Positions 57,001 to 64,000 of a DNA stretch of 64,000 nt are shown in pieces. Under the pieces are notes generated by a model. The model was not told where the DNA came from, ran no database searches, and was given only the letters and a program-made list of their open reading frames with translations. Numbering within the stretch: position 1 is the first letter of the stretch; the number at the start of each line of letters is the position of its first letter. Origin of the DNA: Eledone cirrhosa. Taxonomy: Eukaryota. Position numbers and translations under genes: made by a program. Where the stretch lies: positions 11,098,001 to 11,162,000 of the forward strand of contig OZ024744.1 of assembly GCA_964016885.1 (NCBI GenBank), read 5' to 3'.

Positions 57001-60000
57001 TTGTACTCCAATATGTTGTGTTGTTGTACTCCAATGTGTTATGTTGTTATACTCCAATATGTTGTGCTGTGCTACTCCAATATAGTGTGTTGTTGTACTC
57101 CAATGTGTTGTGTTGTTATACTCCAATATGTTGTGTTGATTTACTCCAATATGTTGTGTTGTTGTACTCCAATCTGTTGTGTTGTTATACTCCAATATGT
57201 TGTGTTGTTATACTCCAATATGTTGTGTTGTTTTACTCCAATATGTTGTGTTGTTGTACTCCAATATGTCATGTTGCTGTACTCCAACATGTCGTGTTGT
57301 AGTACTCCAATATGTTTTGATGTTGTACTCCAATATGTTGTGTTTTTGTACTCCAATATGTTGTGTTGTTGTACTCCAATATGTTGTGTTGTTATACTCC
57401 AATATGTTGTGCTGTTGTACTCCAATATGTCATGTTGTTGTACTCCGATATTTCGTGTTGTTCTACTCCAATATTTCGTGTTGTTGTACTCCAATATGTT
57501 GTGTTGTTGTACTCCAATATGTTGTGTTGTTGTACTCCAATATGTTGTGTTGTTGTACTCCAATATGTGATGTTGTTGTACTCCAATATGTCGTATTGTT
57601 GTACTCCAATATATTGTGTTGTTATACTCCAATATTTCGTGTTGTTTTAGTCCAATATGTCATGTTGTTTTACTCCAATATTTCGTGTTGTTGTACTCCA
57701 ATATGTCATGGTGTTGTACTTCAATATGTCGTATTGTTGTACTCCAATATGTTGTGTTGTTGTTCTCCAATATGTCGTGTTGTTATACTCCAATATGTTA
57801 TGATGTTGTACTCCAATATATTGTGTTGTTGTACTCCAATATGGTGTGTTGCTGTACTCCAATATGTTGTGTCGTTGTACTCCAATATGTTGTGTTGTTG
57901 TACTCCAATATGTTGTGTTGTGTTGTTGTACTCCAATATGTTGTTGTACTCCAATATGCCATGTTGTTATACTCCAATATGTCGTGGTGTTGTACTCCAA
58001 TATGTCATGTTGTTGTACTCCAATATTTCGTGTTGTTGTACTCCAATATGTCGTGTTGTTGTACTCCAATATGCTGTGTTGGCTGTGCTCCAATACGTTG
58101 TGTTGTTGTACTCCAATATGTTGTGCTGCTGTACTCCAATATGTTGTGTTGTTGTACTCCAATATGTTGTGTTGTTGTACTCCAATATGTTGTGTTGTTA
58201 TACTCCAATATGTTGTGCTGTTGTACTCCAATATGTTGTGTTGTTATACTCCAATATGTAGTGTTGTTATACTCCAATATGTTGTGTTGTTGTACTCCAA
58301 TGTGTTGTGTTGTTATACTCCAATATATTGTGTTGTTATACTCCAATATGTTGTGTTGTTTTACTCCAATATGTTGTGTTGTTGTACTCCAATATGTTGT
58401 ATTGTTGTTCTCCAATATGTCATGTTATACTCCAATAAGTTGTGTTCTTGTACTCCAATATGTTGTGTTGTTGTACTCCAATATGTTGTGTTGTTGTACT
58501 CCAATATATCATGTTGTCGTACTCCAATATGTCATGTTATACTCCAATATGTCGTTGTTATACTCCAATATGTCATGATGTTGTACTCCAATATGTCGTG
58601 TTCTTGTACTCCAATATGTCGTGTTGTCGTACTCCAATATGTTGTGTTGTTGTACTCCAATATGTTGTGCTGTTGTACTCCAATATGTTGTGTTGTTGTA
58701 CTCCAATATGTTGTGTTGTTATACTCCAATATGTTGTGATGTTGTACTCCAATATTTCGTGTTGTTGTACTCCAATACGTCGTGTTGTACTCCAATATGT
58801 TGTGTTGTTATACTCCAATATGTTATGTTGTTGTACTCCAATGTGTCTTGTTGTTGTACTCCAATATGTTTTGATGTTGTACTCCAATATGTTGTGTTGT
58901 TGTACTCCAATATGTTTTGATGTTGTACTCCAATATGTTGTGTTGTTGTACTCCAATATGTTGTGTAGTCGTATTCCAATATGTTGTGTTGTTGTACTCT
59001 AATATGTTTTGTTGTTATTCTCCAATATGTTGTGATGTTGTACTCCAATGTGTTGTGTTGTTGTACTCCAATGTGATGTGTTGCTGTACTCCAATATGTT
59101 GTGCTGTTGTACTCCAATATTTTTTGTTTTTTGTACTCCAATATGTTGTGTTGTTATACTCCAATATGTTGTGTTGTTATACTCCAATATGGTGTGTTGT
59201 TGTACTCCAATATGTTGTATTGTTTTCTCCAATATGTCATGTTATACTCCAATATGGTGTGTTCGTGTACTCCAATATGTTGTGTTATTGTACTCCAATA
59301 TGTTGCGTTGTTGTACTCCAATATGTTGTGTTGTTATACTCCAATATGTCGTGTGGCTATACTCCAATATGTCATGTTGTTGTACTCCAATATGTCTTGT
59401 TATAGTCCAATATGTCGTGTTGTTGTACTCCAATATATCATGTAGTTGTACTCCAATATTTCGTGTTGTTGTACCCCAATATGTAGTGTTGTTTATACTC
59501 CAATATGTTTTGCTGTTGTACTCCAATATGTTGTGTTGCTGTACTCCTATATGTTGTGTTGTTATTCTCCAATATGTTGTGCTGTTGTACTCCAATGTGT
59601 TGTGTTGTTATACTCCAATGTGTTGTGTTGTTATACTCCAATATGTTGTGTTGTTGTAGTCCAATATGTTGTGTTGTCGTACTCCAATATGTTGTGTTGT
59701 TATACTCCAATATTTCGTGTGGTTGTACTCCAGTATGTCATGGTGTTGTACTTCAATATGTCGTGTTGTTGTACTCCAATATGTTGTCTTGTTGTACCCC
59801 AATCTGTTGTATTGTTGTACTTCAATATGTTCTGTTGTTGTACTCCAATATATTATGTTGTTGTATTCCAATATGTTGTGTTGTTGTACTCCAATATGCT
59901 GTGTTGTTGTACTCCAATATGTTGTGTTGTTGTACTCCAATATGTTGTGTTGTTGTACTCCAATATCTTGTGTTCTTATACTCCAATATGTTGTGTTGTT

Positions 60001-63000
60001 ATACTCCAATATGTTGTGTTGTTGTACTCCAATATGTTGTGCTGTTGTACTCCAATAGGATGTGCTGTTGTACTCCAATATGTTGTGTTGTTATACTCCA
60101 ATGTGTTGTGTTGTTGTACTCCAATATGTTGTGCCGTTGTACTCCAATATTTTTTTGTTTTTGTACTCCAAAATGTTGTGTTGTTATACTCCAATATGTT
60201 GTGTTGGTGTACTCCAATATGGTGTGCTGTTGTACTCCAAATCTCGTGTTGTTATACTCCAATGTGTTGTGTTGTTATACTCCAATATGGTGTGTTGTTG
60301 AACTCCAATATGTTGTATTGTTTTTCTCCAATATGTCATGTTATACTCCAATATGTCGTGTTGCTGTACTCCAATATGTCATGCAGTTGTACTTCAATAT
60401 GTTTTGCTGTTGTACTCCACCGTGTTGTGTTGTTGAACTCCAATACGTTGTGTTGTTGTTCTCCAATATTTTGTGCTGTTGTACTCCAATTTGTGTTGTT
60501 GTACTCCAATATGTTGTGTTGTTGTACTCCAATATGTTGTGTTGTTGTACTCCAATATGTTGTGTTGTTATACTCCAATATGTTGTGCTGTTGTACTCCA
60601 ATATTTCGTGTTGTTGTACTCCAATACGTCGTGTTGTTGTACTCCAATATGTTTTGATGTTGTACTCAAATATGTTGTGTTGTTGTACTCCAATATGTTT
60701 TGATGTTGTACTCCAATATGTTGTGTTGTTGTACTCCAATATGTTGTGTAGTCTTACTCCAATATGTTGTGTTGTTGTACTCCAATATGCTGTGATGTTG
60801 TACTCCAATATGATGTGATGTTGTACTCCAATGTGTTGTGTTGTTGTACTCCAATGTGATGTGTTGTTGTACTCCGATATGTTGTGCCATTGTACTCCAA
60901 TATTTTTTATATTTGTACTGCAATATGTTGTTTTGTTATACTCCAATATGTTGTGCTGTTGTACTCCAAATCTCGTGTTGTTATACTCCAATGTGTTGTG
61001 TTGTTATACTCCAATATGGTGTGTTGTTGTAGTCCAATATGTTGTATTGTTTTTTTCCAATATGTCATGTTATACTCCAATATGTTGTGTTCGTGTACTC
61101 CAATATGTTGTGTTATTGTACTCCAATATGTTGCGTTGTTGTACTCCAATATGTTGTGTTGTTATACTCCAATATGTTGTGTTGTTGTACTCCAATATGT
61201 TGTCTTGTTGTACTCCAAAAGGCCATGTTATCGTACTCCAATATGTCTTGTTATACCCCAATATGTCGTGTGGCTGTACTCCAATATGTCATGTTGTTGT
61301 ACTCCAATATGTCTTGTTATAGTCCAATATGTCGTGTTGTTGTACTCCAATATGTCATGTAGTTGTATTCCAATATTTCGTGTTGTTGTACCCCAATATG
61401 TCGTGTTGTTTATACTCCAATATGTTTTGCTGTTGTACTCCAATATGTTGTGTTGCTGTATTCCAATATGTTGTGTTGTTATTCTCCAATATGTTGTGCT
61501 GTTGTACTCCAATGTGTTATGTTGTTATACTCCAATATGTTGTGCTGTGCTACTCCAATATATTGTGTTGTTGTACTCCAATGTGTTGTGTTGTTATACT
61601 CCAATATGTTGTGTTGATTTACTCCAATATGTTGTGTTGTTGTACTCCAATCTGTTGTGTTGTTATACTCCAATATGTTGTGTTGTTATACTCCAATATG
61701 TTGTGTTGTTTTACTCCAATATGTTGTGTTGTTGTACTCCAATATGTTGTGTTGTTGTACTCCAATATGTTGTGTTGTTGTAATCCAATATCTTGTGTTG
61801 TTATACTCCAATATGTTGTGTTGTTGTACTCCAATATGTTGTGTTGTTGTACTCCAATGTGTTATGTTGTTATACTCCAATATGTTGTGCTGTGCTACTC
61901 CAATATAGTGTGTTGTTGTACTCCAATGTGTTGTGTTGTTATACTCCAATATGTTGTGTTGATTTACTCCAATATGTTGTGTTGTTGTACTCCAATCTGT
62001 TGTGTTGTTATACTCCAATATGTTGTGTTGTTATACTCCAATATGTTGTGTTGTTTTACTCCAATATGTTGTGTTGTTGTACTCCAATATGTCATGTTGC
62101 TGTACTCCAACATGTCGTGTTGTAGTACTCCAATATGTTTTGATGTTGTACTCCAATATGTTGTGTTTTTGTACTCCAATATGTTGTGTTGTTGTACTCC
62201 AATATGTTGTGTTGTTATACTCCAATATGTTGTGCTGTTGTACTCCAATATGTCATGTTGTTGTACTCCGATATTTCGTGTTGTTCTACTCCAATATTTC
62301 GTGTTGTTGTACTCCAATATGTTGTGTTGTTGTACTCCAATATGTTGTGTTGTTGTACTCCAATATGTTGTGTTGTTGTACTCCAATATGTGATGTTGTT
62401 GTACTCCAATATGTCGTATTGTTGTACTCCAATATATTGTGTTGTTATACTCCAATATTTCGTGTTGTTTTAGTCCAATATGTCATGTTGTTTTACTCCA
62501 ATATTTCGTGTTGTTGTACTCCAATATGTCATGGTGTTGTACTTCAATATGTCGTATTGTTGTACTCCAATATGTTGTGTTGTTGTTCTCCAATATGTCG
62601 TGTTGTTATACTCCAATATGTTATGATGTTGTACTCCAATATATTGTGTTGTTGTACTCCAATATGGTGTGTTGCTGTACTCCAATATGTTGTGTCGTTG
62701 TACTCCAATATGTTGTGTTGTTGTACTCCAATATGTTGTGTTGTGTTGTTGTACTCCAATATGTTGTTGTACTCCAATATGCCATGTTGTTATACTCCAA
62801 TATGTCGTGGTGTTGTACTCCAATATGTCATGTTGTTGTACTCCAATATTTCGTGTTGTTGTACTCCAATATGTCGTGTTGTTGTACTCCAATATGCTGT
62901 GTTGGCTGTGCTCCAATACGTTGTGTTGTTGTACTCCAATATGTTGTGCTGCTGTACTCCAATATGTTGTGTTGTTGTACTCCAATATGTTGTGTTGTTG

Positions 63001-64000
63001 TACTCCAATATGTTGTGTTGTTATACTCCAATATGTTGTGCTGTTGTACTCCAATATGTTGTGTTGTTATACTCCAATATGTAGTGTTGTTATACTCCAA
63101 TATGTTGTGTTGTTGTACTCCAATCTGTTGTGTTGTTATACTCCAATATATTGTGTTGTTATACTCCAATATGTTGTGTTGTTTTACTCCAATATGTTGT
63201 GTTGTTGTACTCCAATATGTTGTATTGTTGTTCTCCAATATGTCATGTTATACTCCAATAAGTTGTGTTCTTGTACTCCAATATGTTGTGTTGTTGTACT
63301 CCAATATGTTGTGTTGTTGTACTCCAATATATCATGTTGTCGTACTCCAATATGTCATGTTATACTCCAATATGTCGTTGTTATACTCCAATATGTCATG
63401 ATGTTGTACTCCAATATGTCGTGTTCTTGTACTCCAATATGTCGTGTTGTCGTACTCCAATATGTTGTGTTGTTGTACTCCAATATGTTGTGCTGTTGTA
63501 CTCCAATATGTTGTGTTGTTGTACTCCAATATGTTGTGTTGTTATACTCCAATATGTTGTGATGTTGTACTCCAATATTTCGTGTTGTTGTACTCCAATA
63601 CGTCGTGTTGTACTCCAATATGTTGTGTTGTTATACTCCAATATGTTATGTTGTTGTACTCCAATGTGTCTTGTTGTTGTACTCCAATATGTTTTGATGT
63701 TGTACTCCAATATGTTGTGTTGTTGTACTCCAATATGTTTTGATGTTGTACTCCAATATGTTGTGTTGTTGTACTCCAATATGTTGTGTAGTCGTATTCC
63801 AATATGTTGTGTTGTTGTACTCTAATATGTTTTGTTGTTATTCTCCAATATGTTGTGATGTTGTACTCCAATGTGTTGTGTTGTTGTACTCCAATGTGAT
63901 GTGTTGCTGTACTCCAATATGTTGTGCTGTTGTACTCCAATATTTTTTGTTTTTTGTACTCCAATATGTTGTGTTGTTATACTCCAATATGTTGTGTTGT
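53340..64000 (+). repeat. Tandem 4823-bp higher-order repeat: two full copies plus a partial third
   Basis: ORF offsets of 4823: 53619/58442/63265, 54682/59505, 56506/61329, 57179/62002. Private variants are shared (CATGCAG ~55557/60380, TACTGCAA ~56093/60916, 28-bp monomer 57901/62724). Confidence 0.93.

Larger units (their letters stand above)
1..64000 (+). repeat. 23-bp tandem satellite array, consensus TACTCCAATATGTTGTGTTGTTG, running off both window edges
   Basis: The core TACTCCAAT recurs about every 23 bp from the first to the last line, always in the same orientation. Pure consensus runs occur, e.g. ~1630-1745 and ~42431-42570. All + ORFs translate to permutations of LLYSNMLCCCTPICCVVVLQYVV and all - ORFs to EYNNTTYWSTTTQHIGVQQHNIL. 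Confidence 0.99.

Noticed and set aside
1-64000. CRISPR-like array (constant core plus variable segment)
   Set aside because: The constant part is only ~9-10 bp and the variable parts are ~13-bp point variants of one consensus, not unique spacers. No leader or cas genes are present.
1-64000. Telomerase-synthesised telomeric repeat (23-nt G/T-rich units occur in Candida yeasts)
   Set aside because: The sequence does not match the C. albicans repeat as I recall it. Multi-kb blocks with preserved variant order indicate recombinational copying rather than templated addition. A subtelomeric location is not excluded.
1-64000. CCAAT boxes as promoter elements
   Set aside because: The flanks (CTCCAATAT) do not fit the NF-Y preference for purines upstream, and there is no gene to regulate.
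1-64000. Embedded transposon, rRNA/tRNA gene, inversion or hidden unique insert
   Set aside because: On reading through, every stretch aligned to the monomer in the + orientation. I saw no reverse-oriented ATTGGAGTA core and no non-repeat island; a very short one could have been missed by eye.

Overview
The whole 64 kb window is one uninterrupted head-to-tail tandem array (satellite DNA) of a 23-bp monomer, consensus TACTCCAATATGTTGTGTTGTTG. By length this is roughly 2,800 copies; the consensus is 35% GC with 11 T versus 4 A on the + strand. I saw no unique sequence, inversion, transposon, RNA gene, CRISPR array or credible protein-coding gene. The hundreds of ORFs are artefacts: the consensus has no stop codon in any of the six frames. 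The real information is in the order of monomer variants. Diagnostic variants reveal nested higher-order structure: an ~8.4 kb unit, an ~2.1-2.3 kb A/B duplication, near-identical tandem duplications of 5533, 3171 and 4823 bp, a ~10.5 kb block repeated ~29.8 kb away, and in-register deletions and small 69/345-bp duplications. I do not recognise the satellite family or host; a eukaryotic heterochromatic, centromeric or subtelomeric origin is inferred, not shown. I found no evidence for a novel gene-encoded system. Offsets were derived from matching ORF-track coordinates and by-eye checks; block boundaries are approximate to about one monomer or more.
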